Shown here: one piece after another, positions 18,655 through 28,654 of the stretch | How positions within the stretch are numbered: position 1 is the first letter of the stretch | Layout: each line of letters starts with the position of its first letter | NCBI GenBank assembly: GCA_963719505.1 | Contig: CAVRCF010000005.1 | Location: 1,022,369 to 1,086,368 of the forward strand | DNA length: 64,000 nt | Direction: 5' to 3' | Origin: Halobacteriovoraceae bacterium | Lineage (GTDB): Bacteria > Bdellovibrionota > Bacteriovoracia > Bacteriovoracales > Bacteriovoracaceae | Notes under the pieces: model-generated | The model's input: the letters and a program-made list of their open reading frames with translations, nothing else | Told to the model about the DNA's origin: nothing | The model's database searches: none | Made by a program: the position numbers and the translations under genes

Positions 18655-21171
18655 CTACTGAACATAAAACCCTTTCCCTTGTACCTTCTTAATCCAATAA
18701 GGCACCTTAATATCTTCTCTTCTTTTTCCTGTCGCTAAATAAATATTTCTAAAACCGAGATCAAAGATTTCTTTGCTTAGTTCTTCTCCTTTGAGACCTT
18801 CCCCCAAATCAGAGTCAATATATATAGAAGTATTTTTATTGTAAGAAGTAGATGAACTTAAAAACTCTACCACACTAAAGTATGAAGAGAATTTTATATC
18901 ATTATTCTTTGCTGATCTTTTCCAATTTAAATGTGTAAATTTATCATCATCTATTAAAACAACTTCCTTAGGAGCCGATTGTTTAGTGAAACTTACAGCA
19001 ATATTTAAAACTGATTCTTTGGGGATCATTTTAATCCCAAACTTGGAACACATTTCTTGTACATCTAAATCTAAAAAATGGCTTGTAACCAAAGTACTAC
19101 GGTTATGAAGCTGATATGCATTGATTAAGTTTATACCTGTATCTAGTGAGCCAATAAGTTCTAAATCAATTAGATAAGAATACTCCTTTAAATCTTTATC
19201 CATTGCCCAATTTTCAAATTCTTTAGAGCTATATAAGTGAACTAATTTTGCATCAAGTGGGTTTAGTTTTTCATTCCAAAGCTTGTGAATTGACTCATCA
19301 TCATCAACGATTACAACTTGCTTAGAGGAAAGCTTAATTTTAGCAGTATACCAAGCCGGAGCCTCGATTTCATTCAAGGAAATTTTTAAAACAGTTCCTT
19401 GATCAGGATTCGATTCTATTAAAAGCTCTCCATTTTCTGATTCTATATAATCTTTTGCCTGATTAAGGCCTATTCCTGTACTATTTTTATTAAAACTTTT
19501 TCCATATTCAAAAACATCATTTAAATATTCTTTTTTAATTCCAATTCCATTATCTGAAATAATAATACTTACGTTTTCTTCATCTCGTTCTACATGAACC
19601 ACAATATAAATGGGGCTATTAGGCTTTTGAGCCTCGACAGAATTATTAATAATATTTGAAATAGCCCTATTAAAATCCGACTTTCTGATTTCTAAAAAAT
19701 AATCTTTAGAAGCAATTGAATCGAGTGATATATGAACATCTGGTCGATTTTTAAACTCAATACGTTTTTCAGAAACAATTCTTTTTAAAAGAGGATAAAT
19801 TGCTATTATTTCCTTTTTACTGCTTTCTTCAAGAATACTCTCTTCCTCATTGATTTTAAGGGTATTAATAATGTCTTGAATACGATTAAGGGATTGCCTT
19901 CCCATTAGTCTCAAGTCTTCTGTAACGCTATTTCGAGCTTCTAGCATAAAGAATTCTAGAGAAGTAAGAGGCGAATCAATATCATGTTGAAGCTTCTTAA
20001 TTATTTTAATATTTCCATTAGTGATCATTTGATGCATGCTTGCATTGGTAATAATTTTTGCCTCCTCAAATAGAGTTCGCACCATAACGGCCCCTAAAAT
20101 GAATATTTCGACGAGCAAACTAACTTTAACTAAATAGTTAACTTGAATTTCATTTATGTTCATAATACCTAGGTCTTTAAGCGTGAATGCAAGAGATGAA
20201 AAAAGAAACAGAGAAAAGCTAAACAAAAATGATTTTGAGTACTTTAACTTTCTAACCATCGCATAAATACATATACTCAAACTTGATACAGACAGCAATA
20301 GGGTTAAGTAACTGGTTAGCTTAATAATTGCTTGGTTATAAAATAATACACATAAAGCAAAGTGTACTACTGCCACAAACATTACTTTTCCATATGCCTT
20401 AATAAAGCGATCATTTTTTCTTTGATTTAGAAATGTTTTGTATATTAGCCCTACTGTTCCAAAGGTTAATATCCCACAGGCAAATACAACAGATCGGCTT
20501 ATGAAATACTGAGGCATAAATCTTAACATTGAAAATAAATAGCCTGAAAATGCTAATTGGATAATAAACAATGCAAAGATATGCATTGAGTAATAAATGA
20601 TTTCAACTTTTTTTCTAATATAGTAAAAAGCAAAAGTAAGTAAAATTGTTACAAATAAGACACCAAACCACAAACCATCAAAAATCCATTTTTGCTTCAA
20701 AAAAGACTGAAATTCATCTCGACTATTAAAAAGCATATATGGGAGTTGAATTGAACTCTGGGTATTAGTAATAGCAATAATTGTAGTATCTGATTCTCCT
20801 ATATTATCGAAATAGACATATTCGTCACCTTTATTGTCATTTTTTGAATAAGATTTCTCTTTTACTAATTCATTATTATTAAATTTATAGAAATTTATTT
20901 GATGAATCATTGGGAATGAAAAATAAAAAAGTTTATTACTTAGCTCATCATTAAGAATAAATGCGACTTTGTTTGTATTTTTAAAACCTAAGTTATTTTT
21001 CTTTGTCGACTTGGCACATTCAGAAATCTCCGCAATATTAATCTTTGAATTCACAAATGAATTGATAACGTCAATATCAGTACAATATTTGACGTTCGCT
21101 TGTACCGAGATTGAAATAAGAAGAATTAATAAGAAAACAAACTTATTGAGCACTATACCCCCCATCAACAA
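18655..21171 (-). CDS. Hybrid sensor histidine kinase: 7TMR-DISM-type sensor, HisKA/HATPase core, two receiver-like domains
   Basis: Signal peptide plus a ~160-aa extracytoplasmic domain, then seven hydrophobic helices. H-box LQHDIDSPL, N-box NNSVEA, G-boxes DNGIGI and GIGLNQA, then VVIVDDDESIH and VVLIDDDKF receiver-like segments. The start may be ATG 21165 or GTG 21153. It overlaps the SDR stop. Confidence 0.8.
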   Translation of the reverse strand: MLMGGIVLNKFVFLLILLISISVQANVKYCTDIDVINSFVNSKINIAEISECAKSTKKNNLGFKNTNKVAFILNDELSNKLFYFSFPMIHQINFYKFNNNELVKEKSYSKNDNKGDEYVYFDNIGESDTTIIAITNTQSSIQLPYMLFNSRDEFQSFLKQKWIFDGLWFGVLFVTILLTFAFYYIRKKVEIIYYSMHIFALFIIQLAFSGYLFSMLRFMPQYFISRSVVFACGILTFGTVGLIYKTFLNQRKNDRFIKAYGKVMFVAVVHFALCVLFYNQAIIKLTSYLTLLLSVSSLSICIYAMVRKLKYSKSFLFSFSLFLFSSLAFTLKDLGIMNINEIQVNYLVKVSLLVEIFILGAVMVRTLFEEAKIITNASMHQMITNGNIKIIKKLQHDIDSPLTSLEFFMLEARNSVTEDLRLMGRQSLNRIQDIINTLKINEEESILEESSKKEIIAIYPLLKRIVSEKRIEFKNRPDVHISLDSIASKDYFLEIRKSDFNRAISNIINNSVEAQKPNSPIYIVVHVERDEENVSIIISDNGIGIKKEYLNDVFEYGKSFNKNSTGIGLNQAKDYIESENGELLIESNPDQGTVLKISLNEIEAPAWYTAKIKLSSKQVVIVDDDESIHKLWNEKLNPLDAKLVHLYSSKEFENWAMDKDLKEYSYLIDLELIGSLDTGINLINAYQLHNRSTLVTSHFLDLDVQEMCSKFGIKMIPKESVLNIAVSFTKQSAPKEVVLIDDDKFTHLNWKRSAKNNDIKFSSYFSVVEFLSSSTSYNKNTSIYIDSDLGEGLKGEELSKEIFDLGFRNIYLATGKRREDIKVPYWIKKVQGKGFYVQ

Positions 21172-21862
21172 ATAACTCAGAGCCAGTCATAAATGATGTA
21201 TTATTTTCTATTATAAATTTCACGTACGTTGCTATTTCATCTGCTGTAGCAATACGCTTAACAGGATGAATTTGTTCTAAAGCAGTTGTACTTCCCATTC
21301 TTTTTTTCAAATCTGAAATGAGATTCGTATCTACTCCCCCTGGAGAAATACAGTTGATTTGAATATTTTGTTGAGCATACTCAATGGCCAAAGACTTTGT
21401 CAGTGCGACTATTCCTGCTTTGGAAGCTGAGTAGTAAGAGCTCCCAGTCATTCCACAGCTAGCGAGAACAGATGCTATATTTACGATTTTCCCATTACCG
21501 ACCTTGGCCATGTCTTCTAATTCTTTTTTCATCATTATAAATGTTCCTCTTAAATTCACACTTATAATACGGTCAAACTCTTCAATCGTTGACATAGTGA
21601 GAGGTTTATTTGGCCCCGGCATTCCAGCGGCATTTACAGCATAATTGATTAGGATATTCTTAGAGTTTAATTCCTTGAAAAGATTTTCAATTTCACCTAC
21701 ACTAGAAATATCACATTTGATTGCAATAACTTTATCGTTTTCAATTTCTATTGCGTTTATGTCAACTAAAACAATTTGATCAAAAAGGTTTTGATTCAAG
21801 CTTTCATAGGTTGCTCTTCCAATTCCACTCGCAGCTCCAGTAATAAGGATATTATTTTTCAT
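21143..21862 (-). CDS. Short-chain dehydrogenase/reductase (SDR)
   Basis: TGAASGIGRAT cofactor motif, NAAG, and the catalytic YSASKAG. Confidence 0.85.
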   Translation of the reverse strand: MKNNILITGAASGIGRATYESLNQNLFDQIVLVDINAIEIENDKVIAIKCDISSVGEIENLFKELNSKNILINYAVNAAGMPGPNKPLTMSTIEEFDRIISVNLRGTFIMMKKELEDMAKVGNGKIVNIASVLASCGMTGSSYYSASKAGIVALTKSLAIEYAQQNIQINCISPGGVDTNLISDLKKRMGSTTALEQIHPVKRIATADEIATYVKFIIENNTSFMTGSELFVDGGYSAQ

Positions 21863-22047
21863 TGTATTTCCTTTAATTGCATCTTTTCTAAGATCAGTAA
21901 AATTTCCTCTTCTCTATCAAGTGCAATTTCCAACATCTCTTTTGTGTCTTCATTATTTATAACTGCATCTTCTTGGATGCATTTAAGGAGGTTGGCTACG
22001 TTATGAATATAGCCATTGATTGAATGAAATGCTTTGTCTTTACTCAA
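21859..22047 (-). CDS. Small 62-aa helical protein of unknown function
   Basis: 4-nt overlaps with both neighbours suggest translational coupling. No family recognised. Confidence 0.4.
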   Translation of the reverse strand: MSKDKAFHSINGYIHNVANLLKCIQEDAVINNEDTKEMLEIALDREEEILLILEKMQLKEIQ

Positions 22048-23399
22048 TGTAATCTCCCAACTTTAAAGTTCTTATCTTTATGAGTTTGTAAATAACGAGA
22101 CACATGAGCAGGAGAAACATCCATAGCCTTTGAAGCAGTCCTAACTATTCCATTATGTCTCTTAGTCATACCCTGAATGAGCTCTTTCTTAAAAATAACT
22201 AAAAAATCCTTCAGCCCCATTTCTTCAACAAGATCCAAATGTTCGTCAGTGACAAGTCCTTTAGACTCAAAGGTATTATTTTTAACCCTTGAAGGTAATA
22301 CATCCGGAGTTATTAAACGATGGCCATGTACAACCCAATTCTCGACTAAATCTTGGATTTCTCTTGTATTTTGAGGCCATGAATAGTTATGTAAACATTC
22401 AAGCGCCAAGTCATTAATTAAAATACGGAATGGTTGTTTTGAAATAAAATAATGAAATAAAAGTTCTATATCTTCTCTTCTCTCTCGTAGTGGTGAAAGA
22501 GAAATTTGAAAGGTACTAATTCTTGCATATAAATCTTTTCTAAAAGTTCCCATTTCAATCATTGAATGGATATCTTCACAAGTTGCACTCATAACTCGGA
22601 AGTCAGATTTAACTTTACGGTTAGAACCGACAGGATAAAACTCTTTTTCTTCTATAGCTTTTAAAAGAGTCTTTTGAGATTTTGATGAAAGAGAATGTAT
22701 TTCATCAAGAAAGATGACTCCTCCATCTGCTAGTTCTAAAAGTCCTTTCTTCTCCTTCTTTGCACCTGTGAATGCATTATCAGTATGGCCAAATAGTTCA
22801 CCAACAAATAATTCATCTGAATACTGTGAGCAATTTATTTCTATAAAATTTTCGACTTTGAGAATATCTCTAATAAGATGGGCAACTACCCTTTTACCTG
22901 TTCCTGTTTCGCCATGAACAAAAATGGGCTTATTAGAAAAAGAAAGATTTTTAATCTGATAGAGTTCTTCTGATAAAGATTGAGATTTAGTAATAAAGCT
23001 TTGGTTAATTATGTTTTCAAACTCTATATCTTTTCTGTGATTTTCAAATCTTCTCCAAACAATGTCTAATTTGTGATTATTAAACGGTTTATTCAAAAAA
23101 TCTTTAGCACCATTTATAAATGCTTCTTCAAGAGTCTCTTTTGCAGTTTCTCCAGATACAACGATTGAATATATGTTCAGATGATTGGCCAGTTTTAAAA
23201 GCCTTAGCCCATCAAGCTCTCTAGATAAGTTTAAATCAAAAAATGCGATATCAATATCTTCTGCCTTTATTAAATGGTGTGCATCATTCACATCATTTGC
23301 AACGACAACATTCCCAAAAGAGGCCAATAACCTCTTATTTAATTGAGCTGTTAATAAATCATCTTCAACAATTAAGATTTTAATTTTTTGTTTATTCAT
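22044..23399 (-). CDS. Sigma-54-dependent response regulator (NtrC family: REC-AAA+-HTH)
   Basis: Receiver ILIVEDD..DIAFFDLNL. AAA+ Walker A GETGTGKRV, ELFGH, the GAFTGA-type loop as NAFTGA, and Walker B VIFLDEI. C-terminal Fis-type HTH ASKAMDVSPAHVSRYL. Confidence 0.88.
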   Translation of the reverse strand: MNKQKIKILIVEDDLLTAQLNKRLLASFGNVVVANDVNDAHHLIKAEDIDIAFFDLNLSRELDGLRLLKLANHLNIYSIVVSGETAKETLEEAFINGAKDFLNKPFNNHKLDIVWRRFENHRKDIEFENIINQSFITKSQSLSEELYQIKNLSFSNKPIFVHGETGTGKRVVAHLIRDILKVENFIEINCSQYSDELFVGELFGHTDNAFTGAKKEKKGLLELADGGVIFLDEIHSLSSKSQKTLLKAIEEKEFYPVGSNRKVKSDFRVMSATCEDIHSMIEMGTFRKDLYARISTFQISLSPLRERREDIELLFHYFISKQPFRILINDLALECLHNYSWPQNTREIQDLVENWVVHGHRLITPDVLPSRVKNNTFESKGLVTDEHLDLVEEMGLKDFLVIFKKELIQGMTKRHNGIVRTASKAMDVSPAHVSRYLQTHKDKNFKVGRLH

Positions 23400-23556
23400 A
23401 AATGGCTATTAACCAAAATTATTTTAAAAACTCAAAGAAAAAGATGATTAAATGTAAGGTTTATTGACTTTTAGTCAACAATGAGACAACTAAGCAACTG
23501 ATTTCACGAAGAGAGAATCAAATGAATTGCAAGAGTTATATTGTTTCTTCTTTAAA

Positions 23557-23814
23557 TTACAATTTGGAAAGTATTTTATTGAATTCTTCAGTTGTGGGAA
23601 TTCCCAATGAACATCCTCCACCATTCGCTTCACCACCAAGAATAACTTTATCATTTTTGATTACAGTCGGAGAGGTATAATTATTATAATCATCTTTTCC
23701 ATCAAGAATATTTTGATCTAATTCAACAAATTCTATTTCTGATTCTTGAAGTGCTTGCCTAACTCTTTCAGCATTTGGGCATCCTTCAAAGAAAATAAGT
23801 TTAATGTCATTCAT
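23557..23814 (-). CDS. Small glutaredoxin/thioredoxin-fold-like protein
   Basis: 85 aa. IKLIFFEGCPNAERV, SPTVIKNDKVILGG and GGGCSLG. Last gene of the mer-like operon. Confidence 0.45.
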   Translation of the reverse strand: MNDIKLIFFEGCPNAERVRQALQESEIEFVELDQNILDGKDDYNNYTSPTVIKNDKVILGGEANGGGCSLGIPTTEEFNKILSKL

Positions 23815-23825
23815 TTGTCCTCCGT

Positions 23826-24077
23826 CTATTTGTTACAGGAATAATGTTTAATGAACGCAATATTATCAGCAAAACAGCATTTTCCAGAAGGATTTGCTGT
23901 TTCACAGAAACATCCGGGGACTTTCATTTTAGATTTAATATCATCTAGTATATCTTTTTCTCTACCCTCTTGAATGGCATTAAATAATTCTTGCTTAGAA
24001 TGTTTAAAACAGTAACAAATTAGTCCTTTAGTATTAAATTCAACTTCCGCTTTTTCTTTTTTGGCACAACAGCTCAT
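23826..24077 (-). CDS. Cys-rich small protein, BFD-like (CxC ... CxC ... CC) metal or Fe-S binding candidate
   Basis: 83 aa with MSCC, ICYCF, PGCFCETANPSGKCCF. 4-nt overlap with merTP. Confidence 0.45.
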   Translation of the reverse strand: MSCCAKKEKAEVEFNTKGLICYCFKHSKQELFNAIQEGREKDILDDIKSKMKVPGCFCETANPSGKCCFADNIAFIKHYSCNK

Positions 24078-24718
24078 AATAAACCTTCACAAGGTTTTTT
24101 ATTCTCAAAAGTCCAAAAAGCAACATATCCAGGACTCTTTTTTATTTCTTTGATTACTTTACAACCTGCTTCATCTGAAACTTTAATGACTGCACTTCCA
24201 ATGGTTTCTTTCGGCTTTGGATTGGAGTGGTCTATACTTAATATATCTGCATCTTTTAAGCCTGCTCTTTTTAAAGCTTCTCTCACTCCTAGCTCACATC
24301 CTCCACAAGTCATACCTTTGATGTATAAGGTTTTAACCTTGCCTATAGAATCGCTTGGTTGATTTTGTGCCTGAGCTACTGAAGAGAGCAACATTGGAGA
24401 GATCATGAACAGTATAGCTATAAATGTTCCAATACCTAAGCTAGTTCTTCTAAATCTCTTTTTCTTATGATCTGCACACATTGTTCCATCTTTGCATTCT
24501 TTTTGTTCAAGTCTGTAATTCATAATCCAACCTATTGTTATTAAAATAACCACAACTACTAAAATTATACTTCGATAATCTTCCAAAAAGAGTAAAGATG
24601 ATGCACCTCCTAATCCTAAAAAACCTAAAATCAATGGGCCGATACAACAAATAGAACTAGCGGTAGCCGCAATAATACCACCGCTAGTTAGACATTTTAT
24701 TAGCTTACTTTCTTTCAA
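24074..24718 (-). CDS. merT: MerT-MerP fusion (mercuric-ion transporter fused to a periplasmic HMA domain)
   Basis: TM1 Cys pair SSICCIGPLILGFLGLGG and loop pair ECKDGTMCA, as in Tn501 MerT (ACCLGPLVL, ACKPGEVCA). C-terminal HMA domain has GMTCGGCE. Confidence 0.75.
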   Translation of the reverse strand: MKESKLIKCLTSGGIIAATASSICCIGPLILGFLGLGGASSLLFLEDYRSIILVVVVILITIGWIMNYRLEQKECKDGTMCADHKKKRFRRTSLGIGTFIAILFMISPMLLSSVAQAQNQPSDSIGKVKTLYIKGMTCGGCELGVREALKRAGLKDADILSIDHSNPKPKETIGSAVIKVSDEAGCKVIKEIKKSPGYVAFWTFENKKPCEGLL

Positions 24719-24990
24719 TTACTACCAATTCCGGCGGCTCTTAAAGATTCCTCTGATGGGCCACCTCCATTAACACAACAATCGAGTAATTTTCCATTTA
24801 CAGCAACCGCTGGGTAACTAGATACTCCATACTTCTTTGCTAAATCTCTGCAAACATTGGTGTCACAACCTTTTTTTACATCATAAACAATAACTTCACA
24901 GCTATCACAGGCCAATGACTTAACTAAATCAACTGTAGGTAAACATTTAGAACACCCTTCAGTAAATACCTCTACTTTTCTTTTATTCAT
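24715..24990 (-). CDS. Thioredoxin-fold protein with CxxC
   Basis: Start ATG 24990 after GGAGG. VEVFTEGCSKCLP..YGVSSYPAVAVNGKLLDCC. Confidence 0.55.
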   Translation of the reverse strand: MNKRKVEVFTEGCSKCLPTVDLVKSLACDSCEVIVYDVKKGCDTNVCRDLAKKYGVSSYPAVAVNGKLLDCCVNGGGPSEESLRAAGIGSN

Positions 24991-25408
24991 TTTTTCCTCC
25001 TTGGAAATTCGAACAAGAACTACAACTCTCTTTTTTTGGAATAATATTCCAAATTGTTGCAATTACTAATATTATTATTCCAATATAGAACATTATTTCT
25101 ATGTTAAAAAATCTTCCTGAGATGCCTAAAAAAATAGCTACCGTCCCCAACCAAAAAGGCCTATAACCTCTGCGTGACTTAGCTCTAAAAGCTAAACCAA
25201 ACAGTGAGATTGAAATGAACAAACTAACAAGAATATCAAAGTAGAGACCTTCAAATAAAAAGCCTAAACCTATACTTGTTAAGAATCCACCTATAGCTGG
25301 GTAGCAAAAAGGACAAGAAGCCTTGGCTAAGATTGCAACCCCAATTCCTGGGCCAACAGACGCGGCACCAATTTCACCAGCTATTTTAGCATTACCTTTC
25401 TCATTCAT
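24983..25408 (-). CDS. merC: MerC-family membrane transporter
   Basis: SCPFCYPAIGGFLTSIGLGFLFEGLY parallels Tn21 MerC GCAACFPALASFGAAIGLGFLSQYEGLF. Four hydrophobic helices. C-terminal CSSC pair. Confidence 0.65.
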   Translation of the reverse strand: MNEKGNAKIAGEIGAASVGPGIGVAILAKASCPFCYPAIGGFLTSIGLGFLFEGLYFDILVSLFISISLFGLAFRAKSRRGYRPFWLGTVAIFLGISGRFFNIEIMFYIGIIILVIATIWNIIPKKESCSSCSNFQGGKNE

Positions 25409-25824
25409 TTTAATCCTTTTTCAAAGTTCTCTAAAATCGGGCATTGTGAAATAGACAAATCATTTCTCCCACAAGATTCAGATAAATTCTTTAGAGTTTT
25501 CTTTATTTTTTGAAGGTCTTTAATTTTTAGTTCAACTTCAACTATCTTCAAGTCCGCCTTGTTTTTTACTGATGAACATTTCGCTGTTCTACTTACTTTC
25601 AACTCAAGTAAATCTTTGGCTTCATTTAACGTGAAGCCTAGCTCTTGGGCTCTTTTGATAAATTTTATTTTTATTACGTCTTCGAAAGGATATTTTCTGA
25701 AACCTTCAGAGCTTGAAGGCTGTTTTATAAGACCTTTACGTTCATAAAATCTAATAGTATCAATTTTAACCCCAGCCTCTTTAGCTAGTTTTCCAATTGT
25801 AAATTTTATTTCTTTCTTATTCAT
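25405..25824 (-). CDS. merR: MerR-family metal-responsive regulator
   Basis: TIGKLAKEAGVKIDTIRFYERKGLI HTH segment, a coiled-coil region, and three Cys (AKCSSV, SESCG, SQCPILE) placed like the MerR metal ligands. Confidence 0.85.
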   Translation of the reverse strand: MNKKEIKFTIGKLAKEAGVKIDTIRFYERKGLIKQPSSSEGFRKYPFEDVIKIKFIKRAQELGFTLNEAKDLLELKVSRTAKCSSVKNKADLKIVEVELKIKDLQKIKKTLKNLSESCGRNDLSISQCPILENFEKGLK

Positions 25825-25830
25825 GAACTA

Positions 25831-25862
25831 ATTCTATACTCTGGACTATAGTCCAGAGTCAA
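25831..25862 (-). promoter_or_regulatory. MerR-type promoter/operator: TTGACT, 20-bp spacer containing a 22-bp perfect palindrome, then TAGAAT
   Basis: The minus strand reads TTGACTCTGGACTATAGTCCAGAGTATAGAATTAGTTCATG. The palindrome ACTCTGGACTATAGTCCAGAGT spans 25838-25859. Only 6 nt separate the -10 element from the merR ATG. Confidence 0.7.
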
Positions 25863-26138
25863 GTGTGAGCGAACATCAACAATATTAGACAGTTACAATT
25901 TGTACTACGCGGTGATACTTCAATTTTTCTAATTTTAGCTTTTGGATATTTTTAAAGGTACCTAAATGATTTTCTCCATAGCCAAAAAAAATAGAAGTAT
26001 AGTCATCACCTATCAAGAGTACTTAGAGAATAAGAAAATGGTAAAAAAAGATTGAACTACAAATCATAATCCGACGAAGCTACTTTTATAATGATACTAC
26101 GTATACAATCCCCCACCTAAGACTATAACTCTAAAAAC

Positions 26139-26398
26139 TTAGATTAAATTTCTCTGCAAGTAAGAATCTAAGAAAAAAAATAATAATGATTTTGGTATTG
26201 CTACAAGCACGCTCTTAGCATACTCAAATGATTGCTTTGCATCCCCCCACTCCATATGTGAAAAGGACAAAGCACACGCAAAGCAGTAAGAGGCAGGGCT
26301 GCTAAAAACCCTGCCAGTCCCCGTCCTCTTCTCCGAAGCCAAGAGACAAAACTAATTAATATTGCAGCAAAAACAGTTTTACCTACCGTTAGCCACAT
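26139..26398 (-). pseudogene. DUF3147-like small membrane protein, apparently frameshifted
   Basis: Two overlapping frames read MWLTVGKTVFAAILISFVSWL..LAGFLAALPLTAL and then ..ALSFSHMEWGDAKQSFEYAKSVLVAIPKSLLFFFL. Together they resemble one ~85-aa DUF3147-type protein. Identification is from memory of the family. Confidence 0.3.
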
Positions 26399-26470
26399 AT
26401 ATTAATCAAATAATTAAATATCTGATTACTCATAAATTCTTTATTCTAATTTTTTCGATATCCATTTATT

Positions 26471-28654
26471 TTAAATTTTTGTCATTTTTAATCTCAATGA
26501 ATTTGCAATAACCGAGACCGAGCTAAAGCTCATTGCTGCAGCGGCTATCATTGGACTCAATAAAATCCCAAACCATGGATAAAGCAATCCCGCCGCGATT
26601 GGAACTCCTGCAGCATTATAAATAAATGCAAAAAATAAATTTTGTTTTATATTTGCCATAGTGGATCGACTCAACCTTCTTGCTCTTACAATTCCTCGAA
26701 GATCCCCCTTAACCAATGTTACAGAAGCACTTTCCATTGCAACATCAGTTCCAGTTCCCATGGCAATTCCAACATCTGCAATGGCAAGTGCGGGCGCATC
26801 GTTTATTCCATCTCCGGCCATCGCAACCACTTTCCCTTGGGCTTGCAATTTTAAAATTACTTCTACTTTTTGTTCTGGAAGAACTCCTGCAATGACATTA
26901 TCAATATTTAACTTGCTCGCAACAGCTTCTGCAGTTGTCTTACTATCTCCAGTAAGCATAACAATATCTAAACCTTCTCCATGTAATTCGGCTATTGCTT
27001 GTATACTAGTTTCTTTAATCGGATCGGCGACTCCAATTATTCCTGCGAACTCATTATCTATTGAGACAAACATAACTGTCTGCCCTTCTTTTCTATAACT
27101 TTCGACCTCATCAATAATATGATCAACCGTAATATTTTCAGCGTTCATTAATGCTTTATTACCAAGAGCAATATTTTTTCCATTAATACTGCCTTTAACA
27201 CCTTTACCCGTTATTGAAGAAAAATTCTCAACATCGACAAGGCTTATATTTTCCTTTTTAGCTCCTCTCACAATCGCCTCTGCAAGTGGATGTTCACTAC
27301 CATTTTCTAAACTTGCGACAAGAGTCAAAAACTCTTCATTTTTGATTGTTGCTATAGGTTTAATCGTTACTAATTCAGGTCTTCCCATAGTTAGTGTACC
27401 CGTTTTATCAACGACCAAAGTATCAATCTTTCTCAACACTTCAATCGCCTCGGCATTTTTAAACAATACTCCCATGGTGGCAGCTCTACCAGTTGAGACC
27501 ATTATCGACATAGGAGTTGCCAGTCCAAGAGCGCATGGACAAGCAATTATTAGTACTGCGACTGAATTTATTATTGCATAGGCCATTGCTGGGCTTGGAC
27601 CAAAAGATGCCCAAACAATAAAGGTTACTACTGCGACCAATAAAACGATTGGCACGAAGCACCCTGCCACTGTATCTGCTAATTTTTGAATGGGAGCTTT
27701 ACTTCTTTGTGCTTCTGCAACCATATGAATAATTCGAGACAGTAAAGTATCAGAACCAATTTTAGTCGCTTTCATAACAAAGCTTCCGGTTCCGTTTATG
27801 GTAGCACCGACAACGTGACTTTCTTTAAATTTTTCGACAGGAATTGGCTCACCAGTAATCATTGATTCATCAACATTGCTTTTACCTTCTAATACAATCC
27901 CATCGACAGGAATTTTTTCTCCAGGTCTAACTCTTAATTTGTCATTTAATTGGACATTTTCAAGAGGAATATCTTCCTCTTCTCCATCTTTATTTATTCT
28001 TCTGGCCGTTTTGGCGGCAAGACCCAGTAGTTTTTTTATTGCCTCTCCAGTTTGGCTTCTTGCTTTAAGCTCCAATACTTGTCCCAAAAGAATCAAAGTA
28101 ACAATAACTCCTGCTGCTTCAAAATAGACTGACACATGTCCATTACTATCTCTAAACGAAACGGGAAATAGATCTGGAATTAATGTTGCAATTAAACTGT
28201 AGATAAAAGCAACGCTGACCCCAATACCAATGAGGGTAAACATATTTAAATTTCTTCTAACAATTGAACTTAGTCCTCTTTCGTAAAATGGCCACGCTGA
28301 ATATAGACACACAGGTATAGCGAGTATCAACTCAATATAATTTTTCATTTTTGCTGAAAACATGTTTGAAATAGGCTGACCTGGTAAGAGGTCCCCCATT
28401 GAGATTATGAATAAAGGAATGGTGAATAAAGCAGCAAGCCAGAACCTTTTCGTCATATCCTTTAATTCGACATTTTCTCTGTCATCAGCAATAAGAGCTT
28501 CTAGTGCCATACCGCATTTCGGACAATTTCCAGGCCCGATCTGCCTTATCTCTGGATGCATGGGACACGTGAAGATAGAAGTACTTTCTACATTTACTTT
28601 TTTGCCATCACTTTTATGCTTATGTTCGGAATGACAGTTTTTATGATCTTCCAT
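26471..28654 (-). CDS. copA: Copper-translocating P1B-type ATPase
   Basis: N-terminal [25 protein letters not shown] metal-binding domain, TGEP, CPC ([12 protein letters not shown]), DKTGTLT, HP (SEHPLA) and [10 protein letters not shown]. Confidence 0.92.
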   Translation of the reverse strand: MEDHKNCHSEHKHKSDGKKVNVESTSIFTCPMHPEIRQIGPGNCPKCGMALEALIADDRENVELKDMTKRFWLAALFTIPLFIISMGDLLPGQPISNMFSAKMKNYIELILAIPVCLYSAWPFYERGLSSIVRRNLNMFTLIGIGVSVAFIYSLIATLIPDLFPVSFRDSNGHVSVYFEAAGVIVTLILLGQVLELKARSQTGEAIKKLLGLAAKTARRINKDGEEEDIPLENVQLNDKLRVRPGEKIPVDGIVLEGKSNVDESMITGEPIPVEKFKESHVVGATINGTGSFVMKATKIGSDTLLSRIIHMVAEAQRSKAPIQKLADTVAGCFVPIVLLVAVVTFIVWASFGPSPAMAYAIINSVAVLIIACPCALGLATPMSIMVSTGRAATMGVLFKNAEAIEVLRKIDTLVVDKTGTLTMGRPELVTIKPIATIKNEEFLTLVASLENGSEHPLAEAIVRGAKKENISLVDVENFSSITGKGVKGSINGKNIALGNKALMNAENITVDHIIDEVESYRKEGQTVMFVSIDNEFAGIIGVADPIKETSIQAIAELHGEGLDIVMLTGDSKTTAEAVASKLNIDNVIAGVLPEQKVEVILKLQAQGKVVAMAGDGINDAPALAIADVGIAMGTGTDVAMESASVTLVKGDLRGIVRARRLSRSTMANIKQNLFFAFIYNAAGVPIAAGLLYPWFGILLSPMIAAAAMSFSSVSVIANSLRLKMTKI

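Noticed and set aside
21153-21166. TATACCCCCCAT resembling a CsoR half-box at the SDR / kinase gene overlap
   Set aside because: There is no complementary G-tract/GTAT arm downstream, and it lies in coding sequence. The G-run on the coding strand more likely serves as the kinase RBS.
26642-28634. Several plus-strand ORFs of 70-145 aa inside copA; similar antisense ORFs occur inside other long genes, for example 4178-4411, 22177-22917 and 34394-34612
   Set aside because: They are antisense to confidently identified genes, and no motifs or RBS were seen. They were treated as shadow ORFs.
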